Positions 40,698-53,858 of a stretch of DNA of 64,000 nucleotides are shown here, piece after piece. The number at the start of each line of letters is the position of its first letter. Position 1 is the stretch's first letter. Made by a program: the position numbers and the translations under genes. The stretch spans positions 240,436,001 to 240,500,000 of the forward strand of contig OZ024743.1 in the NCBI GenBank assembly GCA_964016885.1. Reading direction: 5' to 3'. The stretch comes from Eledone cirrhosa (lineage: Eukaryota). The notes below the pieces were generated by a model. The model was not told the origin of the DNA, did not search any database, and saw only the letters and a list, made by a program, of their open reading frames with translations.

Positions 40698-40865
40698 GTG
40701 AGGTTTTTTTTACAAAATGAAAAATAACCGAGGTGTCCTACACGAGTGAAAGTATAAAGAAAAAGAGATGAAATCGAAAATGCAACTGGAGTCTTAATAA
40801 ATATATATATTTAAAAAAAATATAAGACTCCAGTTGCATTTTCGATTTCATCTCTTTTTCTTTAT
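40691..40865. mobile_element. Copy of the 36236-36564 palindromic element with its centre (both HHRs) deleted
   Basis: Same left flank and outer arms; about 150 bp of the centre is missing. Confidence 0.8.
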
Positions 40866-40881
40866 ATATATATCTTATCTA

Positions 40882-40929
<48 letters not shown>

Positions 40930-40930
40930 A

Positions 40931-40990
<60 letters not shown>

Positions 40991-42445
40991 ACTGTATATA
41001 TATATATATATATATATATATCTACTGTATATATATACTTGAGTTATAGTGAATTGTATGCAGTGAATATAAGAGATCTACTTACATCATTATACCATTA
41101 TACCAAGTGGGCAGAACTAATTCATACGAAATAAATATATATACATATAATAAAATATTGTAGTTTGCTTGAAGCATTGTATATAATATAGAACGTTGAA
41201 AGAGATAGAAGCCTAAACAATGCAAAATGGACTGTAAGATGAGGTAAGGAAAAGTAAAAGTTACCTGGTAATCTTTGGTTTTTTTTTTGTTTTTCTTTTA
41301 TCTGTCCAATATTTCGAGACCTAAACGACGAGGTTAAAGTATTAACTATAATCTCGTTTGCCCACATTATTCACTCAATGAATTATGGAATGAATAAACT
41401 TGTCTCAGAGTGCTTACAAAGTGTATGTTAGCAATGTGGCATGTGCACTTAATTAGCCTGGATCTAGGTTTCTGCAGATGCAGAAGACAAGTGCAATTGC
41501 AACTTGCAACTCTACACCTGTGTCATCAACAGTCTATGAGATATGGATTGAGAGAAATGGTGGAATATCGTTTGTTCCTTTGAGAATGGTCATTTTGCAA
41601 ATTTATCAATGAAACACATGCAATATTTGACTACCATATCAGCTTTATTATCTAAACTATAATAAAGTAAGGAGTGCAGGACTGCGTACGGCTTATAATT
41701 TTTTCATCCCATTAGTAAAATAAGTTGGATTACTTTGAATAAATAATGAATGAATATTACATAATTCATCTACTAAATTTCGTGGCTGTTCATTAAATAT
41801 ATTTTATTACTTATTTAAAGATTCACTTCTTTAAAATGTTCAAATGTCAACACTTCCGGTTAGCGGTCGCTTAAATAAATATTCATATATGTCTGTCACT
41901 AATTTTCTCCTAATGCAGTTTATATATAATATCGTATTTTTTTAATGTATCATGGATTACGTTACTGATTACATAAGACAGTGTAACACAGTCTTCATTC
42001 AATTTCTGTGTATATTGTTAATTATGATTTTATTTGATGTATCATATCTACATGTATATATACTTGCGTATAATATCGATATACACACTACACATGCTAG
42101 CAGAAAACCACCCAAAGGGTGGTTTTTCTGGTAGTTATTATTAATTATTGGTTATTGGTTGTTTCAACAAAGCTCTTTCATTACAGATTCTGTGGCCTCC
42201 TTAATGACTATTTGTTCTTATCTGTCTCCTCTTCTTTCTAAACCAGAAATAAGAGGAGACACAGAAAAGAAGAACAATAGATATATATACATATATAGTG
42301 TTCTACTATTATATATATATATATATATAGAAATACATACAATATGCAGATATATAATAATAAATTTTAATATATATACATACATATAGATATATAATGC
42401 AGATATTTCATACAAATTATGTGAACTTGTATAAATATTTGTTGA

Positions 42446-42493
<48 letters not shown>

Positions 42494-42949
42494 TGCGCAT
42501 TTGTTTCTATGGTTAGTTAATTAATTGCTGTTTCTGAAAATATGAAAGGAGTGCTTCATAGAATTGACAGTTATTATCATCATCATCATTCTCGTCAACC
42601 ACCACCATCACCACCACTACTACTACTAACATCATCCTTACTATAAATCTACCTGCTTACTTGAATATCATCCTCATCAAGGACATTATCATCATCATCA
42701 TTATCATCATCAATACACATCTCGATCATAATGCCAAGCCTACATGGGTACTTCTACTTGATTTCCTGACATGCTAAAAATTGCAGTCAAATCCCCATTA
42801 AATTTCACTCTATTTGTGTTCCTTGTATATAGGAAAAATTTGCAAATGATCATAGTTCTGAATTCTTTGATCACGTGTCTACTCCATCAGAGCTAACCTG
42901 GGGCTAAATAAAAACAACAAAATCCACAACCAGGACAAACATCATCATC

Positions 42950-45900
42950 ATATTAATAATAAAATAATAATGAAATCATTGTGTAAAGTGCTCAGGTGCA
43001 CTACAACTCATCGAAGGTGCATGTATAGTACATAGAATAATATACAAATGTCAGGGAAGTGAATAGTGTATGATATACATGTGTGTATGTGTATGGAGGG
43101 GGAAGATTAGGTGTAGTGTTGGCGAATCTCAGGAAGCATGGAGGTTTTAAAGGTGTCTCGGCAGCTAACAACTGATGCAGATAGTTTGTTCCATGCTTCA
43201 GCAACTCTGAGCATCAAAAAATGTTTCCGAACGTCATGGGAACTGTGCTGTTTTCTGACTTTGTGGGCATGCCCACGTGTGTTAGACACATGGAAATCAA
43301 AAAGGTACTCAGGGTTGTTGTTGGCAAGATGGTTAACAATTTTGTGGGTGTTTACTAAGTCAGTTGCCAGGCGTCGGAGCTTCAATGTATCCATGCCCAG
43401 GGAAGCAAGGCGCTCAGAGTATGGTAGATGCCCGATGGATGGTATTCGCTTGGTTGCACGTCTCTGAACAGTTTCCAGGCGGTCAATGTCCTGAGCAAGA
43501 TAGGGGTTCCAGACTGGTGATGCAAATTCTAAGTGTGGTCACACCATAGCCATGTACAGCCTTAAATAGATAGCTGGAGAGCGGCTGACAAAGGTCTTGC
43601 TGAGTGATGCTAAGAGACCTTCGGCCCTCTTGACAATTTTAGAGATGTGCTTCATCCAACGCAAATCGCTGCTGACCTTAATGCCCAGGTCACATTCACA
43701 AAAAGACTTCTTGATATTAGTGCTGTGGAGGGAGTATGTAGACGCTGGGTTTTTACTCCCAAACTGCATGGTGGTACACTTGTCTACAGCCAGCTTGAGT
43801 TGCCAGTCTGAGATCCATTGTTGCATTGTGTCCAGGTCAGACTACAAGCAAGATCTATAGTGTTCAGGATCTGTCCTTTTTATCTCAAGGTACAGCTTGA
43901 TGTCATCTGCGTACTTTAGTACTGTGGCATTCTTTAAGTTGGCATCTATGTCATTAATATATGCCACAAACAAAAGGGGGCCAAGAACAGATCCCTGTGG
44001 TCCACCAGATGACATCTCATATGGTGAGGAATGCTGTCCCAGAACTGTGACTACCTCTCTTCGACTGAGAATGAAGGACTTCAACCAGTTAAAAAGATCA
44101 TCCTTCACACCCATTGCAAAGAGTTTTGCCATAACCCTTTTGTGTGGCACAGAATTGAAAGCTTTCGCAAAGTCAAGGTAAACAATATCCACCCATGAGC
44201 CGCCATCAGTGATCCGGGTGATGTCTTCAAGAAACTCGATAAGTTGATCACAGCAGCTGGAGTTGGGGATAAATCCAAATTGCGAGGGCCGAATAAGACT
44301 GTGAGAGTTCCAGAAGTTCCAAAGTGTTTCTCTGACACAGGATTCCATCAGTTTGGCAATGCAACTAGTAAGACTGACTGGACGATAGTTCACAGGTGAT
44401 GTGCGGTCACCCTTTTTGAGCAGAGGAATGACACTGGCAGTTTTCCACTGTTCTGGAGTAGCACCGTTGTTCAGACAGAATTGGAAGAAGCGTGATAGCT
44501 GGTGCAGAAGGAAATATCCACCACGTTTAAGAAGCAGGTACGTAACACCATCAAGACCAGGAGAGGCATGGTTGCGTTTATTTTTTAGGTGACGTCGCAG
44601 TATTGCAGGTGTAAATTCCATAGTTGTAATAGAATCCGGTGTCATAGGTGGTGGAGACGGTACACTCTGGTCTTCAATAGTGAAAATGCCTGCATAGCAT
44701 TCAGCAATGAGCTCTGCGCATTCCTTGGGGTCGTCAGTAACCTGGCTTGTGTGGGGATTGTGAAGAGGACCAACTGGAGAGTGAGGCCTCTGCTTTTTAG
44801 TGAACATACTTCCAGAACACCTTACTGTCAGGGCTGGTTGCTATGCGCTGCTCAAATTGAAGCACTGCCTTTTTTGTCACCTGTTTGAGGTGGTTGGATG
44901 ATCTATTTCGCCTCTTCCTATTAATGCCTGATTTGTGAAGTTTGTAATCACGTTCAGCATTGCGACGTTCTTTTCTGGCAAGATGGACTGGTGCATTCTC
45001 CCAAATTGCACCTTTGGGATGTTTTTTCCGCTTACGTGGCACCGATGCTGCACATGCTGTCCATATTGAGCTCAGGATGTTCTGGAGTACAGTGTTGACA
45101 TCTCCAGAGTCGTAGAACTTAAGCCAGTTTGGACGTTGCAACTCGGTGCAGTAACAGTTTCAGTCTGATTTATTCCAGTCAAAGTGAGCAGTTTGGAGAT
45201 GGTTGTGGTTCTTGTTACTGCCCATGAGGGATAGATTGGCAATGATCATAGCATGATCAGAGTCACCTAAAGGTTCCTCAGCAGTAACACTAATGACAGT
45301 TTCAGGAGTAGTGGTGAAGAGTAGGTCCAAAGTGTTGTCATCTCTTGTTGGGGAGGTGACTACTTGGGACCAATTCGAGTCCAGCACTAGCTCAAGGAAG
45401 TCATTTTCACTTGGCGGCCAACGAAAGGTTTCCCAGTCAATCTCAGCGTGATTGAAGTCTCCTGCAATGAAAACATAAGTGGCTGTTTTCCTGGCAGCAG
45501 CTCTGAGGATATCACAAAGTTGAGTGTCCTGATGGTAATTTGGGGGACGGTAAACGACTCCAAGTAGCAGTGTTGACATGGTCATACGTATATCGCAGAA
45601 AAATACTTCCTGCTGCGATTGGTTCAAATCAACACAAGGAATTGCCGATAAATTTGATCAAACGTAGACCATGATAATGCGGTCTTTACAAAACAGGTTG
45701 TAGCCAGTTATGCTGAAAACCCCATCACAGAATAAGGAATGTGCCCAAGTTTCCGTAACTGTAATGAAGTCAGGGTTGATACTTTTGACGTAGGAGTCAA
45801 AAAGATGAATCTTATTGCATAGACTATTTGCATTCAAGGACAACAATTTTTACCTTGATTCCAGTATATGAATATGTGCAGGGGATGGCAGGTTGTTCTG

Positions 45901-46890
45901 ATTTAGTTTCCCAGAGTTTTTTCAGTTTCTTTATTGTCAGTTGTTGTGGGTACAGTGTTTTCAGACCAGCTGGTATCTCTTTTCCAAGTTTCACCAGCCT
46001 TAACAAACTTCCATATCTGCCCATCATCACGTAGGCTGAAGCTTTCATGTTCTGCCGAGCTGCGGTTTAAGGAAGCTGCAGCACGCAACTTTGGGCGGAC
46101 ATCAGGTGGAAGACCAGGGCGTGTTCGGAGAACAATCCAACTTTCACGCTTAGCTTTATCAGAGGCTACAAGGTATGAACGTGCCTCAGTTGAGTTCGAA
46201 AACGACAGTCTAATTAGCGTGGGTTTCGGGCCTGGTCGGCCAAGGCGTAGAGCACCCTTCGCGGGAGCACAGCCCAAGTCTTTGGATGAACTGGCAGCAA
46301 ATGCCTGAAGATCAACTATGTCTCCTGGTACACCAATGGTAATCACTTCATGGTTTGCAGATTCAGTGGCATTCTCAATGTGCCTAGGTTCAACATGGAG
46401 TACACAGAGATTTTTTAACAAGGCACTCCAGTAAGATCCCTTATTGTGAGGTTCTACACGAATGCTTGATTTTATTCCCGCTATTTCTCGGCTTAAAGCT
46501 TTTTGTTGTTGTTCTTCTCCTTCAACAGGCATGGTAGGAGAAGGCACAGTCGTCGGTTAATGTTGTTGAAAAGTAACGGGGGAGGAAGACATGGGTTGCT
46601 GTTGTTGATGTTGTTGATGAAGTCCTTCAAGCTACGGTCGTTGATTTTTGCTGTTGTTCAGGAACAATGGTAGAGGAAGACACGATCTTCGGTTTTTGTT
46701 GTTGTTGTTCAGGGACAATGGTAGAGGAAGACATGATCTTCGGTTTTTGTTGTTGTTGTTCAGCAGCAATGGTAGAGGCAGACATACAGTCCAGGCACTG
46801 AAAGGACCAATTTGTTAGCTGGACCATCTCCCAGAGTCCATCCATCATAGCAATATGATGTTTCTTGTTTTGGCCTGGAATCTTCCGGAA
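42950..46890 (-). mobile_element. Near full-length CR1-type LINE, disrupted (ORF1 remnant, APE endonuclease, RT)
   Basis: LSLNANSL..K...VTETW (45658-45846), VYRPP...AGDFN...LDLLF...SDH (45160-45627) and YRPVSLTSC...DFAKAF...QGSVLGPLLF...YADD (43842-44807). The putative ORF1 at about 45903-46860 includes 51-bp tandem repeats. (ATT)n tail. Confidence 0.9.
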
Positions 46891-47139
46891 GCCAGTGGCG
46901 CATTGAAGGCAGACAGAGATGTGACAGGTTCCACATTCGACCCAACACTAACAGCAATGTTACTATCATCATCCTCCTCACCACCACAATTCATATCATT
47001 ACCAACACCACCACTATAACCATCACCACCATCCTCCTCATCATTATTACCATCTGTTTTACTGCCACCACCATCATCAACCATATCATTACCACCAACA
47101 CCATCACTATCAACATCATCACCATCATTGATATCATCA

Positions 47140-48350
47140 TTATTATTGTTTCTATTTTTGGCACAAGGCCAGCAATTCCCTGTACATTACTGGTACTTTA
47201 TTTTATCGACCCCATAAGGATGAAAGGCAAAGTTAACCTCGGCGGGATTTGAACTCAGATCATAAAGGGACGTAACTCTATGCTTCAAAGCATGGTGTCC
47301 GACTCTCTACCGATACTGCCAATCCACCACCATCTGTTTTACACCCACTACCATAACCATCATCAACCATATCATTACCACCAACACCATCACCATCATC
47401 ATCACCATCTGGATGATTACCATCACTATCATCATCACCATCATCATTGCTATCACCATCATTACCCACTACCACCACCACCATCATCACCAATACTAAA
47501 ACCATTCCTACAAACTACAGAATACATTTCTCTTTTGTTCTTTTGACAATATTTCAAAGCTTTTTAAAGATTAAATTAAATATTTTGGGGTTGATTTTCT
47601 TCTTCCTTTTAGTAAAAAACAAATTTCTTGCAGTAAAAATAACAAAAACTTCATTTTATTTTTTAATTTCTGAATAATTCTTGCCTTGCCCCAAATAAAC
47701 CCAGTCTTTCAATTATTATTCTTCTTCTTCTTCTTCTTATTATTATTATTATTATTATTATATAAGGGCGTTGGATTGGCAGTATCAGTAGAGCGTCAGA
47801 CAACATGTTTCACAGTATAGAGTTACGGGCCTTCCTGTTCTGTGTTCAAATCCCGCCGAGGTTAACTTTGCCTTTCAACCTTACGGGGTTGATAAAATAA
47901 AGAACCAGTAACGTACTGGGGTTAATTTAATCGACTTTCCCCTCCCCCAAAATGACAGGCCTTGTGCCTATACTAGAAATTATTATTATAGATTTATGGT
48001 CTCTTATGTTCTGATTTCAAATCTCACCAAGATTAGCTTTGCGTTTCATCCTTACGGAGTTGATAAAATAAAGTACCAGTAATGCACTGGTTCGATTTTC
48101 GCCTCCCTCAAAATTGCTGGCCTTGTGCCTATAGTAGAAATATTAAGGGTGGTGGATTGGCAGTATCGGTAGAGCATTGGACACCCTGCTTTGCAGCATA
48201 GAGTTACGGCCCTTTACGTTCTGAGTTCAAATCTCATTGAGGTTAACTTTGCCTTTCATCCTTGCGTGGTAGATAAAATAAAGTACCAGTAGCACACTTC
48301 CTCTCCCCTTCAAATTGCTGGCCTTGTGCTTAAAGTAGAAACAATTATTA
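47140..48350. mobile_element. Cluster of four family-B SINEs (minus about 47140-47331; plus about 47766-47988, 47995-48143, 48146-48350)
   Basis: Each is homologous to 22391-22577; three are head-to-tail. Confidence 0.85.
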
Positions 48351-49086
48351 ATATAAGTTATTGTTCTGTATTGTTATCATGGCTATTACCTTCATTGTTA
48401 TTGCTATATCTACTGTTTTCCCTTCCCTTTACTCAATGTAAACCCTACACTTTTTGCTCTTGTATTGTCCCTATTGTCTTGGGTCCTTGTGGCCAATAAA
48501 AAAAATAATCATTATTATTATTGTTGTTGATTATTGTATTATTATTATGAAGATAATAAAAATGATTTTTTTACATTGTTTCCTTAGTAGTAGTAGCAGT
48601 AGTAGTAGTATGATTATTATGTTATGATATTTATAATTATATTTATATAAATATAGCATTTCTGTATTCCTGCAGTTTCAGCTTTTTCCTGTTTGATGTG
48701 TATGACATTTCATTTCGTTATTTGTAAGTGAACATAAAATCTACATCCCCATCATCATAACAAACCCCATCTTAATCATCACCATCACCAACACTGTAGC
48801 TATCAGCATCACTAATACCACTATCACTACAGCTATCATCATTACTATAATCATCATCACCACTATCATCATCATTGGTATTACCATTACCATCATCATT
48901 GCCTTCACCACCACTATCACCAGCATACTACCATCTTCATTGCCATACCCATCACTATCACCACCACCACCTTTACAATCATTATTGGCATCACCACCAC
49001 TATCACTATCACCATCACCATCAAACCACTCACCTGAGCTACTTAACAAACAGCACTGCTTGTTATTCTGGTGTTAACGAGAAGAC

Positions 49087-52000
49087 ATGTACACACACAC
49101 GCAGACATATGTAGGTATATATATCCCCGCCCCCCACCACCCCCACCCTCCAAACGCAACCCAAAACTTCAGAGTTGGTACCATAAATGTAGGCACCCTA
49201 AAGGGTCGCGTTAACGAGGTTGTAGAAATGCTTGAACGTAAGGAGGTCGATGTTTGTTGTATTCAAGAGACCAGGTGGAGGGGTGGGTCTGCTAGATTCA
49301 TTGAGGGTAAAAAAAAACGATGTTATAAGCTTTTCTGGGTGGGAAACGACGATGGGCTGGGTGGAGTAGGAATCATGGTAGCAGAAAAGTGGGCAGATAA
49401 GATAATAGACGTAAATAGAGTGAACGACAGAATAATTAAAATAAGACTTGTCCTCAATAGAACTACGGTGACAGTAATATCTGCGTACGCACCCCAATCC
49501 GGACTGCCCGGCACTATAAAAGACAGATTCTATGAGACACTGTTGCTAACTACCTCCCAAATATCTGACAGTGACTATATAATTATTGCAGGCGACCTAA
49601 ATGGTCACGTTGGACAACATTGTGACGGCTACAACGAAATCCATGGAGGCTATGGGTTTGGTACTAGAAATGAGGAAGGCTCCAGAATCCTGGAATTCTG
49701 TGACGCAAATAACCTAACAATCTGTAACACTAACTTCAAAAAACGTGACAATCACCTGATCACCTATAGATCAGGGGAACACACAAGCCAGGTAGATTAT
49801 ATCCTTACCAGAAGACGTGACAGAGTGTCTGTTGTAAACACTAAATCCCTCCCCCATGAAGAATGCACCTCCCAACATAGACTGATAATTAGCGACCTCA
49901 TAGTCAGGACGAGACGTACTCGACAGCAGAAGAGGACTATCCTCAGGAGGAAAATATGGAAACTAAAGGACCCCACAGCCAGAAATAAATTTCAAAGCAT
50001 ATTACTTGATGCTTTCAACAGTAAGGAAGAGCATCTAGAATCGGACAATATAGAGGGACAGTGGGAATTTCTGAAAGCAAACCTGCTGTTGGCGACAGAC
50101 GAAGTCTGTGGCTGGAGCAGGCCTGTAGGCAGGAGGAGAGTAACTTGGTGGTGGAACAGTAGGGTGGAGGGGTCAATTAAGACCAAAAAGCAGGCTTGGA
50201 AAGTAAGGCGGGATGGGGGAAGTAGAGTAGACTATCAAGTGGCCAGGAGGGAAGCTAGGAGAGAAGTGTACTTAGCAAGAAGGCAAGCTGAGGAAAGAAA
50301 GTTCAAGCATGTTCTACAACGCGATGACCAAAAACGTGAGGTGTTCAGGATTGCCAGGCAATGCGTCAAGGAAAACCGTGATATTGTCGGGGAGAAGTGT
50401 GTACTTAACGATGATGGCATACTTGCCATCACCGACACTGATAAGAAGGTAGCTTGGAAGTGTCACTATGAAAGGCTACTAAATGAGGAGAATAAATGGG
50501 AGAAAGACAGTCTCCCCCATATCGACCCGATAGAGGGACCAGCAGTGTTAGTCGAGGGGAGTATAATAAGTAAGGCAATCAAGGATATGAAGACGGGTAA
50601 GGCGGCTGGGCCTTCGGAAATAGTTGCTGAGATGCTGAAGGCATCTGGCACGGTGGGACACACCATGGTCACCCGCATAGTTAACCAAGTCGTACAGAAT
50701 GGGGTTGTTCCGAAGGACTGGCATAGCAGCATCATCGTTAACTGTTATAAGGGTAAAGGAGACGCCCTAGATAGGAGTAACTATAGAGGCATTAAATTAA
50801 TCGACCAGGTCATGAAGGTCACGGAAAAAGTAATAGCGCAACTAATCAGAGAGAGAATTGACCTAGATGAAATGCAGTTCGGGTTTGTGTCAGGCAAAAG
50901 CACCACAGACGCTCTTTTCATAGTACGACAACTACAGGAGAAGTACCTAGCTAAAGGTAAACCCCTCTACTTAGCTTTTGTCGACCTGGAGAAAGCCTTC
51001 GACAGAGTCCCCCGCTCCATTATCTGGTGGGCTCTTAGAAAACTAGGCGTTGACGAATGGCTTGTGAGGGCTATACAAGCCATGTATAAAGAAACAGTCA
51101 GCAAGGTTAGAATTAACAACGAATATAGTGAAGAGTTTAGCGTAAAAGTTGGCGTCCATCAGGGCTCTGTTCTCAGCCCCCTACTATTTATTATTGCCCT
51201 TCAGGCTATAACAGAGGAGTTCAAGACAGGCTGCCCATGGGAACTCCTATACGCAGACGACCTGACACTCATAGCGGAATCAATGGCCGAGCTAGAGAAG
51301 AAATTCCAAACATGGAAGCACGGCCTAGAGTCAAAAGGACTTAAAATTAACCTGGCTAAGACCAAAGTTCTAGTTTGTAGGAAAGAAAACAAGGCGGCGG
51401 TCCCTTCTGGGAAATGGTCGTGCTCGGTGTGTAGGAAAGGCGTAGGTAGAAACTCCATTTTATGTCCTAAATGCAAAGTATGGGTGCATAAAAGATGTAG
51501 TGGGATCACAGGTAAGCTAACTAAGAACATAGATTTTACATGTGGCCGGTGTTCTGGTGCAATAAGTAGCAGCAAGTGCCCACAAAATACTAGCTCTTTC
51601 AATTGCGCAGAGGGTTCTATAGAAATAGTGGACAGCTTCCGTTACCTGGGCGATAAAATCAGCAGTGGGGGAGGGTGCTCTGAAAGTACTGTAGCTAGAG
51701 TCAGAACTGGTTGGAAAAAGTTCAGAGAGCTTATACCACTATTAGCTGCTAAAGGGTTCTCCCTAAAAATGAAAGGCAGGTTGTACGATGCCTGCATACG
51801 AACATCAATGTTGCATGGTAGTGAGACCTGGGCATTGTGTGCAGAGGATATACGCAGACTAGAGAGGAACGAAGCTTGCATGCTCCGCTGGATGTGTAAC
51901 AGTAATATACGTGAACGGCAAAGCATAAACGAACTAAGGAAAAAATTAGAGATAAGAGGGATCAGATGTTGTTTACTCGAGAGAAGGCTGCGTTGGTATG

Positions 52001-52218
52001 GACACGTGATGCGCATGAAAGTCGATAGCTGTATAACAAAGTGCAGGGCAATAAAGATAGACGGTAGCCACGGAATAGGCAGACCTAGAAAAACATGGGA
52101 TGAGCTGATAAACTCCGACCTCACACACTTACACCTCTCCAAGACAATGTCACTGGACCGAGACCTTTGGCGGTACTCAGTAACAGAGAAGACCCGCCTT
52201 GCCAGTAGGCATCTCTAA
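49087..52218 (+). CDS. RTE polyprotein: APE endonuclease + reverse transcriptase + PHD-like finger (true start uncertain; first codons are flank-derived)
   Basis: GTINVGTL, CIQETRW, SAYAPQ, GDLNGHVG, VDYIL, SQHRL, NYRGIKL, QFGF, DLEKAFD, QGSVLSP, YADD, C4HC3 and RLRWYGHV, with no stops over 1043 codons. Confidence 0.93.
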   Translation: MYTHTQTYVGIYIPAPHHPHPPNATQNFRVGTINVGTLKGRVNEVVEMLERKEVDVCCIQETRWRGGSARFIEGKKKRCYKLFWVGNDDGLGGVGIMVAEKWADKIIDVNRVNDRIIKIRLVLNRTTVTVISAYAPQSGLPGTIKDRFYETLLLTTSQISDSDYIIIAGDLNGHVGQHCDGYNEIHGGYGFGTRNEEGSRILEFCDANNLTICNTNFKKRDNHLITYRSGEHTSQVDYILTRRRDRVSVVNTKSLPHEECTSQHRLIISDLIVRTRRTRQQKRTILRRKIWKLKDPTARNKFQSILLDAFNSKEEHLESDNIEGQWEFLKANLLLATDEVCGWSRPVGRRRVTWWWNSRVEGSIKTKKQAWKVRRDGGSRVDYQVARREARREVYLARRQAEERKFKHVLQRDDQKREVFRIARQCVKENRDIVGEKCVLNDDGILAITDTDKKVAWKCHYERLLNEENKWEKDSLPHIDPIEGPAVLVEGSIISKAIKDMKTGKAAGPSEIVAEMLKASGTVGHTMVTRIVNQVVQNGVVPKDWHSSIIVNCYKGKGDALDRSNYRGIKLIDQVMKVTEKVIAQLIRERIDLDEMQFGFVSGKSTTDALFIVRQLQEKYLAKGKPLYLAFVDLEKAFDRVPRSIIWWALRKLGVDEWLVRAIQAMYKETVSKVRINNEYSEEFSVKVGVHQGSVLSPLLFIIALQAITEEFKTGCPWELLYADDLTLIAESMAELEKKFQTWKHGLESKGLKINLAKTKVLVCRKENKAAVPSGKWSCSVCRKGVGRNSILCPKCKVWVHKRCSGITGKLTKNIDFTCGRCSGAISSSKCPQNTSSFNCAEGSIEIVDSFRYLGDKISSGGGCSESTVARVRTGWKKFRELIPLLAAKGFSLKMKGRLYDACIRTSMLHGSETWALCAEDIRRLERNEACMLRWMCNSNIRERQSINELRKKLEIRGIRCCLLERRLRWYGHVMRMKVDSCITKCRAIKIDGSHGIGRPRKTWDELINSDLTHLHLSKTMSLDRDLWRYSVTEKTRLASRHL

Positions 52219-52574
52219 CAAAATACACCCCGTCCCGCCACCACCCCCACCCCATCCACACCACCCCGTTCTATGTAAAGTTATGTTGGTGCCGCGCCAT
52301 CCAGGCCGAAACAAATGAGATCGTGTAGGTGTCACGACAAAAAAACACACAGTCCACGCTGTAATGTGGCCGTGTAGGCAACACGGTAAAAACCTCCCAG
52401 ACCCACACTGTAAATGTGGTTGGTGTTAGGAAGGGCATCCAACTGTAGAAAACCGGCCAGACAGCCCTATGCGAGCAAGACAATCACTCTTGCCTCAAGT
52501 GGGACTACCCCCGTCCAAACCCATGCAAGCGTGGAACACGGACGTTAAACGTTGATGATGATGATGATGATGAT
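49125..52574 (+). mobile_element. RTE LINE with intact ORF, 3' UTR and (GAT)n tail
   Basis: Begins right after (TA)n just upstream of the endonuclease domain, with no clear 5' UTR. Ends in (GAT)n abutting (TA)n. Confidence 0.95.
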
Positions 52575-53858
52575 ATATATGTATATATATATTATATATA
52601 ATGATGATGATATATATATAATGATGATATATATATATACCCATACATGTAGACACATAGAAAAAGGATTGATGCTGGGAAGGACATCCAACAGTGAAAA
52701 TGGGTCAATGATGAGTAAAATGTTTTTCAAGGAACCCTGCAAAGCCAACCTCTACTGTAGCAGAGAACATAAGACCCCAACATGGTTAACTTTCACTATA
52801 GTAGGGAAAATGTGAGCTCACAAGGCTAACCTTCACTTTAGCAAGAGGAATGTAAGCCTGCCAGGCTAACCTCTGCTTTAGCAGAAAATAATGGCCTTAG
52901 AACACTTGTTGTATCAGTAACAATTTCATCCTATTTTCTGTTCAAACAGAAGACTTCAAAGTGTAGATATTATTGTGATGATAAACAGTAGGTACTACAG
53001 AAGAACTGAATATTTTGGATATAACTTAATGAAATTTTGGAAGATCTACCAGGAGACTCCAAACTAAATTTATTAGCAATTTCTACATTATTTTAATGGC
53101 AAATTTTAATCCTGGCAGAAAGTTGCAAAGTTTCACAGACATCAAAGTAAATTTCTTTTGTAAGAAACAGCTGACAGTAAAAACATCAGCCAATTCTACT
53201 TCTGTGTTTTGTTCTATGTGTGTTGTTCTTTTGTGTTGAAAGAATGTTATTTGTGATGGTGATGGTAAGGAGTGATGTAGTATAGTGTTATGGTTTGGAG
53301 TGGTGCAGTATGGTGTGATGGTGTAGAGTGGTGTAGTGTGGTGTTGTTATGGTGTGCAGTGATATGGTGTAGTGTTATGGTTGGGATGTAGTATGATGTT
53401 CGTAGTGTGATGTGATGGTGTGGAGTCTTATGGTGGTAGTCTGATGGTGTGAAGTAGTGTAGTGTAGCACAACAGTGTTGTGCTTATGGTGTAGTGTGAT
53501 GTTGTAGTTGTGTTGAAGTGTGATAATGTTTGGGGCATGAGGGTGAAAAGTAGTGTAATGTGGTGTTTTGTTTTGATGGTATGGAGTGGTGTAATGTAGT
53601 GTGGTGTGAAGTAGCGAGGTGGAGTGGTATATTAGTGATGTGTTCATATATATTGGTGATGAGTTGGCATGATACTGTAGGAATATGATGATACTGACAT
53701 GGTTGTAATGTGCTCATATGGTCATGTGGTGTTGATGTTGATGACATGTGACATGTGTGTAGTGATGTGGTGGTAGTGTTGTGTTGATAAAATGTGGCAT
53801 TTGTGTGGTGGTGTGGTGATAAAATGCAGCATTAATGTAGTGATCTGGTGTTGGGTTG

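Noticed and set aside
41850-41870. CACTTCCGG ETS-like promoter motif in a unique-sequence island
   Set aside because: A single short motif with no linked transcript evidence.
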